A stretch of 64,000 bases of DNA from Candidatus Dormiibacterota bacterium (GCA_963718525.1 OY970355.1:2240001-2304000); one strand, 5' to 3'. Positions 19,238 through 30,520 are shown, counted from the stretch's first letter. The notes: a model not told the origin generated them from the sequence alone. A program made the numbers and translations.

Positions 19238-20332
19238 ATGACAAGGGTCGCCACGGCCGCACTGGCGGGGCGCCCGATGTTCAGACCTCGGACGCTGAAA
19301 CTCGTTGCGGGCTTGGGCGCGATGCTCATCGCCATCGTGTTCACCGGGTGCAGCAGCCAGCCGGCAAACGCGCCGCCCAGCTCGCCGACACCAACGACGT
19401 CCGCCGGGACTGACCCCGGCTCCGCGGCCAACGACCTGCAGAACGCATTTGTCGCGGTCGTCGAGCGTGTGCGTCCTTCGATCGTGCAGATTCAGACCGA
19501 CCTCGGTCTCGGCTCTGGGGTCGTTTACAACGACAACGGCGATGTCGTGACCAATAACCATGTCGTCTCCGGGGCGTCGACCATCGAGGTCACCACGGCG
19601 GAGGGCAAGACGCAGGCCGCGTCGCTCGTGGGTACGTTCGCCGCCGGCGACCTCGCAGTCATCCATGTCGCGGGTCACCTCGATCCGGCCGCGTTCGCGG
19701 ACTCCGCCACTCTGAAGGTCGGCATGATCGTGCTCGCCATCGGTAACCCGCTCGGGCTTCAGAGCAGCGTGACCGAGGGAATCGTCAGCGCAGTCGACCG
19801 GACGGTCTCCGAACCCGGTGGTATCACGCTTCCCGACACCATCCAGACGAGTGCGGCCATCAACCCGGGCAACAGCGGAGGTGCGTTGGTCAACCTCGCG
19901 GGCCAGGTGGTCGGGATCCCAACACTTACCGCCGGCGATCCGACCCTGGGCGCCGCTGCAAACGGCATCGGATTCGCCATACCGGCGAACACCGTCAAGG
20001 ACATCACGAGCCAGATCATTACCAATGGCCGTGTCGTGAATTCGCATCGCGCAGATCTCGGACTCCGCACGAGCACGGTCGTCGACAATACGAACACTCC
20101 TGTCGGTGTGTTGATAGTCGCGGTGACGGCCGGCGGCTCTGCCGCAACCGCTGGGCTGACCACCGGCGAGGTCATCGTCCAGTTTGCGAGCGTGCGGATT
20201 CGGACAACGACAGACCTTTCGCTTGCACTCGCTGACAGCCAACCGGGTCAAATGATCTCGCTCACCGTGATCACGTCCACCGGAACCCAGCGAGTTGTAT
20301 CCGCGACCGTGGGTGAGCTCCCGGCTGGCTAG
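19238..20332 (+). CDS. HtrA/DegP-like serine protease with PDZ domain, lipoprotein
   Basis: FTGC lipobox, TNNHVV, GDLAVI, IQTSAAINPGNSGG, PDZ-like tail. Confidence 0.92.
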   Translation: MTRVATAALAGRPMFRPRTLKLVAGLGAMLIAIVFTGCSSQPANAPPSSPTPTTSAGTDPGSAANDLQNAFVAVVERVRPSIVQIQTDLGLGSGVVYNDNGDVVTNNHVVSGASTIEVTTAEGKTQAASLVGTFAAGDLAVIHVAGHLDPAAFADSATLKVGMIVLAIGNPLGLQSSVTEGIVSAVDRTVSEPGGITLPDTIQTSAAINPGNSGGALVNLAGQVVGIPTLTAGDPTLGAAANGIGFAIPANTVKDITSQIITNGRVVNSHRADLGLRTSTVVDNTNTPVGVLIVAVTAGGSAATAGLTTGEVIVQFASVRIRTTTDLSLALADSQPGQMISLTVITSTGTQRVVSATVGELPAG

Positions 20333-22755
20333 GGACGGGCACCCTTCACGGTCGCAGGCCTCGAACCGCGTGCGCGCCGTTGCAGCACAACTGAGAGGCG
20401 GGCGCTGATCCGCAAGACAAGCGCTAACAGGACGATGGCCAGGGCCGTGATCGCGGCGGCCTCGAGCCACTCAGCGGGGTCGAGCAGCGCCAGTCCATAG
20501 ACGAAGCGACCGACCTCGAGCGTGAACGCGAGCACCGCTCCTGCTGTCATCGCCGCCAGGAGACCGAGCCGCCACCAGCCGATGGGTTGGGCCACGCGTC
20601 CGACAATCCAGAGGCCGATCCCGAGCAGCACGACCGTGGCGACGGTTCTCGAGTCATCGATGCTGTTCCCAGCCGCCATCGCGATCTCGAATGCCGCGTA
20701 GGACGCAACGCCGGCGACGACACCGGCCGGAATCGCGAAGAACAGCGTTCGCGAGACGAACCCTGCTCGAGCTCGCTCCGCACTCGGGGCGAACGACAGA
20801 GCGAAGGCTGGGACGCCGATGGCCAAAAGGCCGACAAGCGAGAGTTGTCGCGGGAGGAGTGGGAACGGCATCGCGCGCAGTGCGACGGCGGCCGCAAGCA
20901 CCATCGCGTAGACCGACTTGGTGAGGAAGAAGGTCGCAACTCGCTCAAGGTTCGCAATCACGCGTCGGCCTTCGCCGATGGCGAACGGAACGCTGACAAA
21001 TGAATCATGGACGAGGGTAAGACGTGCAACAGCTCGCGCGGCCGCGCTCCCGGACCCCATCGCGACGCTGACGTCCGCCGCTTTGAGTGCCAGAACATCA
21101 TTCACCCCGTCGCCGGCCATGGCGACGACATGCCCGCGCGCCTGGAGGGCTCGCACAAGATCGCGTTTCTGCTGGGGACTCAGACGGCCGAAAATGGCTG
21201 TCCCCTCGGCGATCCGCTGCAACTCAGCAGCATCACTTGGAAGGTCGGGGCCGGAAAGCGGGTGATCCGCTCCCTGCATGCCAGCCGCCGCAGCCAGCGC
21301 GGCGACGGTGGCGGGATGATCGCCGGAGAGCACCTTGACCGCGACGCCCTGATCCCGATAGTAGGCAAGGATCCGGGAGGCATCCGGACGGAGCCGCTCG
21401 CGGAGGACGACCAAAGCGAGCGGCTCCACGGCCGTCATGGCTTCATCGATCGCGGGCAGCGAACTGAGCTGCCCGATCAGCATGACCCGGTGTCCTGCCT
21501 GCGCGAGTTCCTCCGCTCTCGCACGTGCACCCGCTGCGCCGGGCGAGAGCGTGAGCACCTCCGGCGCTCCGAGGATCCACGAGCCTCGACCTTCGAAGCT
21601 CGCACCACTCCACTTACGCCCGGAAGAGAAAGGCACGACGCTCGTCGGCTTCCAATCCCCCGGGTTCGGAAATGCCAGCGCCAGCGCAGCCAGCGTCGAG
21701 TTGGGATGAGGATCCACCGCTGCGAGCGCGCCGAGCGCAGCGACGACGCTGCTGTCGTCGCCTCCGAGTGGCACTACGGTTTCAATGCTGAGTTGACCGT
21801 CGGTGAGTGTGCCGGTCTTGTCAAGACACATCACATCAGCCCGGGCGAGCATCTCGACGCTGCCCAATTCCTGCGCGATCAGGCCACGTTGTGCGAACCG
21901 GACCGCGGCGATGGCGAAGACAACGCTGGTGAGCAGCACGAGTCCCTCGGGGATCATGGTCACGAGCCCGGCAACGGAAGAACGGACTGCCTCGACAAGA
22001 GTGTCATTGGCCTCGACCTGGCTCACGATCAATGCCGCGCCGAAGGGGACGATGAGGATCGCGATGATGAGGAGCATCCGGTCGATGCCGCGACGCACCT
22101 CGGATCGCACGGGAGCGAAACGGCGCGCTTCAGCGGCGAGAGCGTTCCCATACGCCGCCAGTCCCACCTTGGTACTCCGAACCAAGCCGCTGCCCCCGAC
22201 GACAAAACTTCCAGACAGCACGTCGTCACCGTCGCGCTTCTCAGCCGGAGCCGATTCCCCTGTGACGAGCAACTCGTCGATCTCGAGCCCGGTGCCATGG
22301 ATAACGCTGCCGTCCACCGGCACCTGATCACCGGCATGCAGATCGAGGACATCCCCAACCACAACAGCCGATGCGGGGATGTCCTGCTCGGCACTATCAC
22401 GAATGACGCGCACCGTTGGGGATGTGAGCACCGCCAGCCGGTCGAGTGTCCGCTTGGCGCGGAGCTCCTGAGCGATGCCAATCGGGGTGTTCACGAGTAA
22501 CACGAGACCGAAGAGGGCGTCCTGCAGCGGTCCGATGACAAGAATCGCCACCAGCAGAACGCCGAGCAACACGTTGAACCGGGTGAAGAGGTTGCTAGCG
22601 AGAATCGAGATCACCGTACGGCTCGTTCCAGTTGGAACCGAGTTGACCTCACCCCGAACCCGCCGCTGAACCACCTCGTCTGAGCTGAGGCCCTGCTCCC
22701 GCGCCACGTCGGCAGCGCTGTCGGCGGCGACGGGCGTCAAGGCCTGCGGGGTCAT
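20329..22755 (-). CDS. Cation-translocating P-type ATPase (CtpE-like)
   Basis: TGES, IPEGL, DKTGTLT, SGDHP, GDGVND. Confidence 0.92.
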   Translation of the reverse strand: MTPQALTPVAADSAADVAREQGLSSDEVVQRRVRGEVNSVPTGTSRTVISILASNLFTRFNVLLGVLLVAILVIGPLQDALFGLVLLVNTPIGIAQELRAKRTLDRLAVLTSPTVRVIRDSAEQDIPASAVVVGDVLDLHAGDQVPVDGSVIHGTGLEIDELLVTGESAPAEKRDGDDVLSGSFVVGGSGLVRSTKVGLAAYGNALAAEARRFAPVRSEVRRGIDRMLLIIAILIVPFGAALIVSQVEANDTLVEAVRSSVAGLVTMIPEGLVLLTSVVFAIAAVRFAQRGLIAQELGSVEMLARADVMCLDKTGTLTDGQLSIETVVPLGGDDSSVVAALGALAAVDPHPNSTLAALALAFPNPGDWKPTSVVPFSSGRKWSGASFEGRGSWILGAPEVLTLSPGAAGARARAEELAQAGHRVMLIGQLSSLPAIDEAMTAVEPLALVVLRERLRPDASRILAYYRDQGVAVKVLSGDHPATVAALAAAAGMQGADHPLSGPDLPSDAAELQRIAEGTAIFGRLSPQQKRDLVRALQARGHVVAMAGDGVNDVLALKAADVSVAMGSGSAAARAVARLTLVHDSFVSVPFAIGEGRRVIANLERVATFFLTKSVYAMVLAAAVALRAMPFPLLPRQLSLVGLLAIGVPAFALSFAPSAERARAGFVSRTLFFAIPAGVVAGVASYAAFEIAMAAGNSIDDSRTVATVVLLGIGLWIVGRVAQPIGWWRLGLLAAMTAGAVLAFTLEVGRFVYGLALLDPAEWLEAAAITALAIVLLALVLRISARLSVVLQRRARGSRPATVKGARP

Positions 22756-25088
22756 CCGGTTCGTCGAATCGGCGCTTCGTCGTGCTCACCCAGCACGGCG
22801 ATGAGGCGCGCCTCCTCCCCAGATCGGTGCAGGCTCAGGACCGCCGACAAGCTGTAGAGAACGCGGCGCAGCCCTATCAACTCCTCGTCGTCAGGTCCGG
22901 TCGGATCCAGTGCGTCGATCATGCCGCTGAGCACGCGAGACAGATGTGCGACCTCGGCGTGCTCGCGACGTGCCACCGCCACGCTCTCCGGGCCCCCGAT
23001 GTAACTGGAGACCACAGGGTATAGATGCTGCTCTTCCTCCTGTTCGTGCGGCAGGAGTTCGTCGTGCAAGAAGCGCATCACCTCCTCGAGGCGCGTGCGG
23101 GCAACAGCGCTCGGAAGACGCCCGAGCGCATCGGCGAGGTTTCTGAGCTCCGCTGTTTCGTGTTCCATCGCCGCGTGCTCGAGGAGCACCTGACGTCCGG
23201 CACCCAGCACGACTTCGGAAGGTCGGGGCTCCTCACGGCCACCGCGGGCGCGCAGGGCATTCAGGATCACTGCAACATCGATCGCTTCCTGCACGACGGC
23301 GCCGACAACGGGCACGAGCCCGCCGAATGACGCGATGGCCATCGCGACAAGCGAGAGCCCCATCCCGACGGCGATGCTCTGCAACGCGATGTGGTGGGAA
23401 CGACGGGCAATCTGGACGGCTTCGGCGAGTCGATCGATGCGATCAACCATGAGCACCACGTCCGCCGCCTCGGATGACGCTGTTGCCCCGCGAACTCCCA
23501 TAGCGACGCCGACATCAGCAAAGGCCAACGCCGGTGCGTCATTGATGCCGTCGCCAACCATGACAACGATGCCTCGCTCGCGCTCCTCGCGTACGACCTC
23601 GACCTTCTCGGCCGGTGTGCGCTCGGCATAGACGGCGTCGACGCCGATCGCCGAGGCGACCGCTTGAGCCACGTCCGGATGGTCCCCTGTGACCATCACC
23701 ACGCGGCGCATGCCGGCCTTCCGAAGACGTGCGACGGCATGCGCGCTGTCAGGGCGCAGCGGGTCCTCCAGCACCATCGCACCGACCAGAACGCCGTCGA
23801 CGCCAACGAACACGTTGGCGAGGCCCTCGTAGGCAGTGCGTCTGCGCACGCGCGCGGCCCAAGCCGGCACTGCGCCCCCGTCCGCCACATACGTGGCGCG
23901 GCCGACCATCACGCGGCGTCCGGCCACGCCTCCACGTACGCCGCTGCCCGGGTCCTCGTGAACGTCGTCGGGAAGCGTGAGGTGGAGGCCCTGGGCGCGA
24001 GCTGCCTGGACGATCGGCCGGGCGAGAGCATGTGTCGAAACCTGATCCAGCGAAGCGCCGAGTCGCAGCACCTCATCCGCACAGAGACTCCCGTCGGTTT
24101 CGATGTTGGCAACTCGTGCACGACCTTCTGTCAGCGTGCCGGTCTTGTCGAAGAGGAGGACATCCGCACGTCCGAGCGTTTCGAGTGCCGCGCCGCCTTT
24201 GACGACGATGCCCCGACGCGCAGCTCGCGACATGCCCCCAACGAGCGCAATCGGCGCCGCGAGGATGAGGGGGCAAGGCGTGGCCACCACCAGAACAGCG
24301 ACAGCCCTGATGGGGTCGCGGGCGAGGATTCCCGACAGTCCGGCCATCGCGATGGTCAGGGGTACGAACCACAGAGCAAATCGGTCGGCTACGCGCACCA
24401 GGGGTGCGCGCGACTCCTGCGCCTGGCGAACCAGCCGCACGATACCGGCATAGGTGCTTTCCTCGGCGGTTGCGGTGCTACGGAGGCGAAAGGCGCCACC
24501 CGCATTGACACCCCCGCTCCGGACCGGATCACCTCTTACCCGCTCGACAAGCGCGGTTTCGCCGGTGAGTGCGGATTCATCGAATACGGCAGTGCCAGTC
24601 TCCAATTGGCCGTCGACAGGAACCACCTCACCGGGAGCAACGATGAGCATGTCACCAGGACGGACGGTGTCGATCGCCTGGGGGATCAGCGTGTCACCTT
24701 CAACGCGGTGCACCACGGTCGGCGCCCGCGACAGTAGCGCGGACAGCTCTCGGCGAGCCCGAGCCGATGCCCTCGCCTCGAGCTCGCGACCTGTAGCGAG
24801 CATGAAGGCGATGACGGCACCGGCAAGGTATTCGCCGACAGCGAGGGTGCCACCCAGAGCCAGCACCGCGACGATGTCGACGCCGGCGCGATGACGCAGC
24901 AGGTCACGCGCGACGCCGAAGGTCGTCGGAAGCAGGGCGACCGAGGCTGTGGTACCCCAGAGAACGTTCGCTGCCGCGATCGGCCCGAGGATGCGCAGAA
25001 CCCCGCCTGAGGTCAGGCCTGTCAGGGCAACGACCAGCTGCAGTGTTTGCGCGCTCGGAAGCCGGGGGCCTCGGATGCTCACGCTCAA
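22752..25088 (-). CDS. P1B-5-type heavy-metal P-type ATPase with a C-terminal hemerythrin domain
   Basis: ATPCP, DKTGTLT, QEAID, GDGINDAP; tail EH..LPHEQEEEQHLYP..REH..LHRSGEE. Confidence 0.88.
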   Translation of the reverse strand: MSVSIRGPRLPSAQTLQLVVALTGLTSGGVLRILGPIAAANVLWGTTASVALLPTTFGVARDLLRHRAGVDIVAVLALGGTLAVGEYLAGAVIAFMLATGRELEARASARARRELSALLSRAPTVVHRVEGDTLIPQAIDTVRPGDMLIVAPGEVVPVDGQLETGTAVFDESALTGETALVERVRGDPVRSGGVNAGGAFRLRSTATAEESTYAGIVRLVRQAQESRAPLVRVADRFALWFVPLTIAMAGLSGILARDPIRAVAVLVVATPCPLILAAPIALVGGMSRAARRGIVVKGGAALETLGRADVLLFDKTGTLTEGRARVANIETDGSLCADEVLRLGASLDQVSTHALARPIVQAARAQGLHLTLPDDVHEDPGSGVRGGVAGRRVMVGRATYVADGGAVPAWAARVRRRTAYEGLANVFVGVDGVLVGAMVLEDPLRPDSAHAVARLRKAGMRRVVMVTGDHPDVAQAVASAIGVDAVYAERTPAEKVEVVREERERGIVVMVGDGINDAPALAFADVGVAMGVRGATASSEAADVVLMVDRIDRLAEAVQIARRSHHIALQSIAVGMGLSLVAMAIASFGGLVPVVGAVVQEAIDVAVILNALRARGGREEPRPSEVVLGAGRQVLLEHAAMEHETAELRNLADALGRLPSAVARTRLEEVMRFLHDELLPHEQEEEQHLYPVVSSYIGGPESVAVARREHAEVAHLSRVLSGMIDALDPTGPDDEELIGLRRVLYSLSAVLSLHRSGEEARLIAVLGEHDEAPIRRTG

Positions 25089-25864
25089 GCCGCGCTGCGG
25101 GTCTGCCCGGCGACTGCCGCGCGGACGCTTGCAATGGTTCCGTCCGGGTCCGCCACGTCAATCTCCAGGCGCGAGTAGTCCTCCTGTTGGAGTTGCACCA
25201 CGAGGGCGTTCGCGGGATCACTCACGTTCCAGAACACGCGCGCGCCGCCGTGATGGAATCTCGGCGCACCAAAGACACCGGGGACCCAGCTTCCGAGTCC
25301 GAGGAAGCCGCGCAACTGCTCGTCCGGTCCATGCGTCGTTCGATCCACCCGACAGATATGTGCAAGAGGAATCTCGAGCGGCCGTCTAAACGCCAGGAGA
25401 GCCGAAGCGCCGGGAAACCGTACCATCACCCGATCGGCCAGCACTTCCACCTGAGCCGCTTGCATGGGGCCGGCCAGTCGTAACGACATTGCGATGAGGA
25501 CGAGGCCGGCAAGGACGATCAGCGATTGCTGGGGGCTGAAGCCGATGAGGGCTTGCTCAACGCCTTCGAATAACACCAGCATCGCACCGCTGGCCAGCAC
25601 CATTTCCGCGGCATTGCGCGTGCGCAGGCCAACGGCAACGGCTGCGATGAGGGTCCCGCCGCCGACCATAACCACGAGCAGGATGCCCGGCACGAGGTAG
25701 TCACTGAATCCTGCTTGGGAGAGGGTGCCCTTGGTCATCCCAAGCAGAGAGCCATCAGTTCGCGCGATGAAAAGGAGCCCAGCGACCAATGCGGCGATTC
25801 CGACAAGGCCTTCGATGACCATGATGGTCACGCGGGTCCCTTTCTGTGAATTTCCTCTGCTCAT
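25085..25864 (-). CDS. Membrane protein (4 TM plus a soluble C-terminal domain)
   Basis: RBS aaggagg; FSDYLVPGILL TM block; overlaps the ATPase start. Confidence 0.7.
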   Translation of the reverse strand: MSRGNSQKGTRVTIMVIEGLVGIAALVAGLLFIARTDGSLLGMTKGTLSQAGFSDYLVPGILLVVMVGGGTLIAAVAVGLRTRNAAEMVLASGAMLVLFEGVEQALIGFSPQQSLIVLAGLVLIAMSLRLAGPMQAAQVEVLADRVMVRFPGASALLAFRRPLEIPLAHICRVDRTTHGPDEQLRGFLGLGSWVPGVFGAPRFHHGGARVFWNVSDPANALVVQLQQEDYSRLEIDVADPDGTIASVRAAVAGQTRSAA

Positions 25865-27038
25865 GGACGTGCCTCCTTGGCGAACCGACGAGTCGTCCGA
25901 TTCAACAGGTTCAACTAGACGCTCTTGGCGGCTCGTTGACGAGGGGAGGACGTAACAAGTCTCTCGGGCCTTTCGGCACGGTGGACCCGGACGGCGGGTG
26001 ACGCGTCGCCAGCGTGGTGCTGGGTCCACCGATGAACGCCAACCCGCCGCATTCCACCAAGCCGGTTACGCGCAGGCGGCAGTACCGCGCACCCGACCTT
26101 CCCTCAGGCTCGGCGTCGTGAGTTCGCGACGCTGCTGATCACCACGCTGGTGGCGAAGAGCGCCACGATCAGCCAAAAAACACTAGCCGTAGCGAGGTAC
26201 ACGACAGCACCGACAATCGCGGCGACGATCACTCGTAGGGCGACGGCCCATACGAACTGGATGGGGGTCAATCCGAGCCATCGATGGTTCGCACTCTCGG
26301 CGATCCTGCCCACGTTGCGCCTCCTTCCCGGCTGCCCCTGAACTCGACGAGGGCTGCTGGAAGTTACGATCGTAGGCGAAGCTTCGGACGCGGATAAGTG
26401 CCGCTTGTCACAAGTAAAGCGGCCGCACGACCCCAGCTTCGTGGCCCGGCGCCGCCGGTTCTGCGTCCGGACAACCATCCGGTTCGGCGTCACGCCTGCG
26501 CAACTCGATGCCGGACGCAAGAGCCCGGCAACGGCTGTGACTTGCATCCCGCTTGCCTGCTCGACTGCGGCAAGCGGGAACCATTCCGTCAGGGCCGACG
26601 GCAAGAAGAAGCGCATCCACCGCCATGGAGCCACTTCGAACTCCTGATGCCTCTCTCGTGGATCTTTAGGGCGTCCCGCCCGGCGTGTCCAGATCCGCGT
26701 TACGCTGTGTGAGAAGAGAGAGTCGCCGCCTCCAAAGGTTGGGGGACCGACTGGCGGCGACTCTCGAAGAGGGGGGATCTCTAGCCTGCGCTCCAATCCT
26801 TTCGTAACGCTGGCGTTTGGCGCTGTGAAGCAACACCCACAAAACGGGTGCTGCGTATCGCCGCAATCACCGTGACGGCTCCGCGCTCGTTGCCATACTC
26901 TGACTCGTCGTGACGCCCTCTGTACCAGGGCGATTCGAGTTGGCGATCGACTGGGCGGCCCCGGGGGGTGGCTTGGGGCCCACGACTGCTCGACGCGGTG
27001 CAATCAGACTTTGTCTGCGTCATCCGCAGACGGACTGA

Positions 27039-27434
27039 CTAGCTTTCGAGGAGTGTCGCCGCTCCTGCGCCCTCGCCGGCGGCCGCGACTTGGAGCGCCA
27101 CGCGATCGGCGACGCCATAGATCAGTTCGGCCAGCTCCGCAGCGTCCTCGGTGGCGTGTGGCATGCGGAACACGTTTCGCGCGCCGCCTTTGCCAGGAAG
27201 CCAGAAGCTCACTACCACGCGGGGGGGACCCTGCCGACCCTCCACCTCGATGTAGGGGAGCGGCTTGTCTGCTCGTTCGGAGAGATCTCCGATTCCTGCA
27301 TCGGCTCCCTCATCCCGCAGAGCGCGGGCGGTATTCACGATGGTCTCGGCCAGCTCTCTGGCATCCAGGGTTGTGTAGGCGACCCTCATGGCGTCACGCA
27401 GCTCGCCCTTCGCATCAGGAATGCGGGCGATCAA
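27039..27434 (-). CDS. Hypothetical protein
   Basis: 131-aa ORF with normal composition; no motif recognised. Confidence 0.4.
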   Translation of the reverse strand: MIARIPDAKGELRDAMRVAYTTLDARELAETIVNTARALRDEGADAGIGDLSERADKPLPYIEVEGRQGPPRVVVSFWLPGKGGARNVFRMPHATEDAAELAELIYGVADRVALQVAAAGEGAGAATLLES

Positions 27435-27783
27435 GCGCCACCCCTGCGCACGGCTCGATCTGGCCCTCCACGTCTATCCATCCCAGGGGGTTACCTGAGC
27501 GATCGGTCGCTTCGGCGAATCGGCACGTCATCGAGCAGAAGACGGCATCACCCCGATTGGGGTAGAACGGGCGACGGCAGTTCGGATTCGCACATGGGAT
27601 CGGACGTGATCCCGCCCCGGGCGACATCATGTCTGCACCCTAACGCGTGTGCTGTCACAGTTGGTGCCGGGCAGATCGAACCTGCTGTTGCAGGCGCTGT
27701 GGCCGCGGAATCAGACGTGAGCCCGGTTGCGTCGACTTAACTCAACACGTGTTCACACCAAGGTGACCGATGCGGGTTGACGT

Positions 27784-28569
27784 TCAGACCGACGCCGCTT
27801 CGCCTCGTACCAGCAGAGCCTCCAGACCAGGCGTCCACACGGTGCGCCGCTGGCTTGTGATCGCCAGGGCGCCGTACCCGTCGATGCCGGCCACCCAGGC
27901 TGCGCCACGCTCCCCCATAACGAACGCCGCCGTGGAGTACGCATCGGCAAATGTGAGGCTGGGCCCCACGACCGTCATGCTCAGGAGCCCGAAAGGGGGC
28001 GACCCAGTGCCTGGGTCGACGATGTGCGCGCCACGTTCGTAGGTGCCGCTGGTGGCGACGGCGATATCGCGAATGGCGAGCACAGCGGCGACGCGATCCG
28101 CCTGCTCGGGATGACGGATTCCCACACGCCACGTTCGGCCTGGTTCCGGCCGCCCTCGCACGACAACATCACCACCCGCATCGATGAAGAAGTTGCGGGC
28201 CCCGGCTGTGGCAAGCATGGTCGCCGCCCGCTCCACCGACCAGCCCTTGACCAGTCCGAGGGGGTCGATAGCGCCACCCCGTTTGATGTCGAAGCTGCCA
28301 TTGCTGCGGAGTTGGACCTCCTCGCAGAGGGCGAGGACCTCCCGTATGTCGGGTGAGCACTCATCCTCATGAAGTTCACCTCGCGACAGGCGACTGATCT
28401 CGCTGTCGGAGCGGAAGGTGCTGAAGAGTGCGTCGACGTCATGGAACCATGCGAAGACCGCATCCATCGCCCACCCGGGCAGGTCGGCATCGCGCACGTC
28501 GACTGTGATCACGGTGCCCATGACGGGCTCGGCGCGTACGGTGTTCGGCGGAGATGCGAGGGAGGGCAT
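27784..28569 (-). CDS. apbE: FAD:protein FMN transferase (ApbE family), module B
   Basis: VMGT, FSTFRSDSEI, DPLGLVKGWSVE, DAGGD, VATSGTYERG.HIVDP, ADAYSTA. Confidence 0.92.
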   Translation of the reverse strand: MPSLASPPNTVRAEPVMGTVITVDVRDADLPGWAMDAVFAWFHDVDALFSTFRSDSEISRLSRGELHEDECSPDIREVLALCEEVQLRSNGSFDIKRGGAIDPLGLVKGWSVERAATMLATAGARNFFIDAGGDVVVRGRPEPGRTWRVGIRHPEQADRVAAVLAIRDIAVATSGTYERGAHIVDPGTGSPPFGLLSMTVVGPSLTFADAYSTAAFVMGERGAAWVAGIDGYGALAITSQRRTVWTPGLEALLVRGEAASV

Positions 28570-28577
28570 CGTGGAAC

Positions 28578-29075
28578 TCAGGCCAGGGCCAGCGCTGACT
28601 GAACGGACTGCGCGTAGCTGTCGCTGGTGAACGTGGCGCCGCTGATGATGTCGATTTGAGCGCTCTGAGCCTTGAGCACCTCGTCGTGGAGGTAGGGGAT
28701 CGCCACGGAGCTGATGTACGCGGATTGCGGTCGGTCGGTTGGATACTGCAGCGCCTTGACGTCAGTGATCTTGCCTCCAGCAACGATGACCTGCACCTGG
28801 ACATCGCCGTAAAAGTTGGGGAAGTCCTTGCCAGTGAAGGAACCGTCCTTCAGACCGGTGGCGCTGGGAGACGCGGTCGCTGCGGGCGTCCGGCCGCCGG
28901 ACGGCGGAGCCCCTGACGGCGTCACGGACGGCGGCGTACTCGATGCCGAGGGCTGCGACCGTGCAGGGAGCAGCGCCACGCCAGGGCCGGTGTTGGGCGG
29001 CGGCGTGCGGAAGCTCACCAATAGGAACACCCCGACGACGGTGGCGGCGAGGATGACGAGGGCGCGAGTAGGCAT
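28578..29075 (-). CDS. Membrane-anchored FMN-binding domain protein, module B
   Basis: N-terminal TM; DGSFTG..YGDVQVQV; IDIISGATFTS with the canonical SGAT flavinylation motif. Confidence 0.92.
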   Translation of the reverse strand: MPTRALVILAATVVGVFLLVSFRTPPPNTGPGVALLPARSQPSASSTPPSVTPSGAPPSGGRTPAATASPSATGLKDGSFTGKDFPNFYGDVQVQVIVAGGKITDVKALQYPTDRPQSAYISSVAIPYLHDEVLKAQSAQIDIISGATFTSDSYAQSVQSALALA

Positions 29076-29089
29076 ATTGGGACCTCAGT

Positions 29090-30520
29090 TCAAAGAAATG
29101 CGAACCGTTCGCGATGGATCTGCGCGGCAGGAACACCAAGGTCCGCCAGGCTCTCTTCAACACCCTCGATCATCTCCCGAGGACCGCAGACGAACACGTC
29201 CCGTTCGCGTAGGTCTGGTGCCACGGTGCGCAGGTACTTGGGCGCGAGCGGATAGAGATGGATCTCAGATCCCCGACGGCCGATGATGTAGTGGACCTCC
29301 CCGCCGCGCGCCCGGATCAGGCCGTCGAGCTCGGCCTTGAAGACGACGTCGCGCCAGGACCTGGCGCGATAGAGCAGGATGATGCCGTTCTTGCGCTGCG
29401 GCATTTCTTCGAGCAGAGCCCGCAGCGGGGTGATGCCGATGCCCCCCGCGATGAGCAACGCCCGCGGACGCCGGCGACGCAGCGTGGTGAAGATCCCGTA
29501 TGGCCCCTCGACGATCACCGGGGTGCCCGGTTGCAGGCCGCGCACCGCCTTGGTGAAGTCGCCGAGCTGCTTCACGGTGATGCGCAGATACTCGCCATTG
29601 GGTGCGGCAGACAGCGAGAACGGGTGGACCCGCCACCAGATTCCCCGGGCCAGGAAGCGGAACTTGAAGAACTGACCGGCGCGCATTGGCAGCTCCGCGA
29701 GGTTGCGCCCGGTGATGTAGATCGAGATGACCCCTGGCGCCTCCTCAACCACGGCGTGAACCCGAAGCCGGTGGCGCACAGTCATGCGGACGGGGATCAG
29801 CACCCTGAAGGTGAGGACAAGCAGTGCGGCGACCACGTACAGAGCCACCCAGTACGTGATCGCAGCGGGGTCACGCTCGAAGTCGGTGCCGACGGCGAGC
29901 TGGTGACCAAAGCTGAGCGCAATCGCAAGGTAGACGAAGAGATGGATGAAGTGCCAGCTGTCGTACGAGAGCCGACGCCGGGCTGCCCGGACCGAAGCCA
30001 CCGCGATGACGATGAACAGTGCGGTGGCGACATACGCCATGAGCATGTAGGGGTAGGTGGTGAGGAAGGTCCACGTCTCGGACAGAAAGGAGTGGCCATT
30101 GCTGACGGCGTAGCCGGCCGTCGTGAAGAGAACGTGTCCACAGATCAGGAAGACGGTCGCGAATCCCAGCCAGCGATGCCATCCGGCGATGCGGTCGATG
30201 CCGAAGAGCTGGTCCAGCCAGGGGCTCCGAGACATCAGCACCACTTGGACGATCGCCGAATACGTGCCAAGCAGGGCAGTGAGTTGACCAGCAGCAGACA
30301 GCAGCGCGCCAGCGTTGCCCAGGTTGGGCAGCTGCCCATGACGCACCCACATGGCGACGATCAGCGCGGCGTTGGCGAACACAATCAACGTGACGTCGGT
30401 GGGTCGGAGTCCCCAGGAACGAGGGACGCGGAGCGAGCGCCGGACGGCGGAGGTCGCTTGCCCTCCCAGACGAATGGGAGGGATCGCCACGACTATGCCG
30501 GCACCGTCGGCTGCCGCCAT
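29090..30520 (-). CDS. Ferric-reductase TM plus FAD/NAD-binding (FNR-like) fusion, module B
   Basis: GWHRWLG, ICGH, WHFIHLFVY, FGHQ; HPFSLS, GDFT, EGPYG, IAGGIGITP, VCGP, HRERF. Confidence 0.9.
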   Translation of the reverse strand: MAAADGAGIVVAIPPIRLGGQATSAVRRSLRVPRSWGLRPTDVTLIVFANAALIVAMWVRHGQLPNLGNAGALLSAAGQLTALLGTYSAIVQVVLMSRSPWLDQLFGIDRIAGWHRWLGFATVFLICGHVLFTTAGYAVSNGHSFLSETWTFLTTYPYMLMAYVATALFIVIAVASVRAARRRLSYDSWHFIHLFVYLAIALSFGHQLAVGTDFERDPAAITYWVALYVVAALLVLTFRVLIPVRMTVRHRLRVHAVVEEAPGVISIYITGRNLAELPMRAGQFFKFRFLARGIWWRVHPFSLSAAPNGEYLRITVKQLGDFTKAVRGLQPGTPVIVEGPYGIFTTLRRRRPRALLIAGGIGITPLRALLEEMPQRKNGIILLYRARSWRDVVFKAELDGLIRARGGEVHYIIGRRGSEIHLYPLAPKYLRTVAPDLRERDVFVCGPREMIEGVEESLADLGVPAAQIHRERFAFL

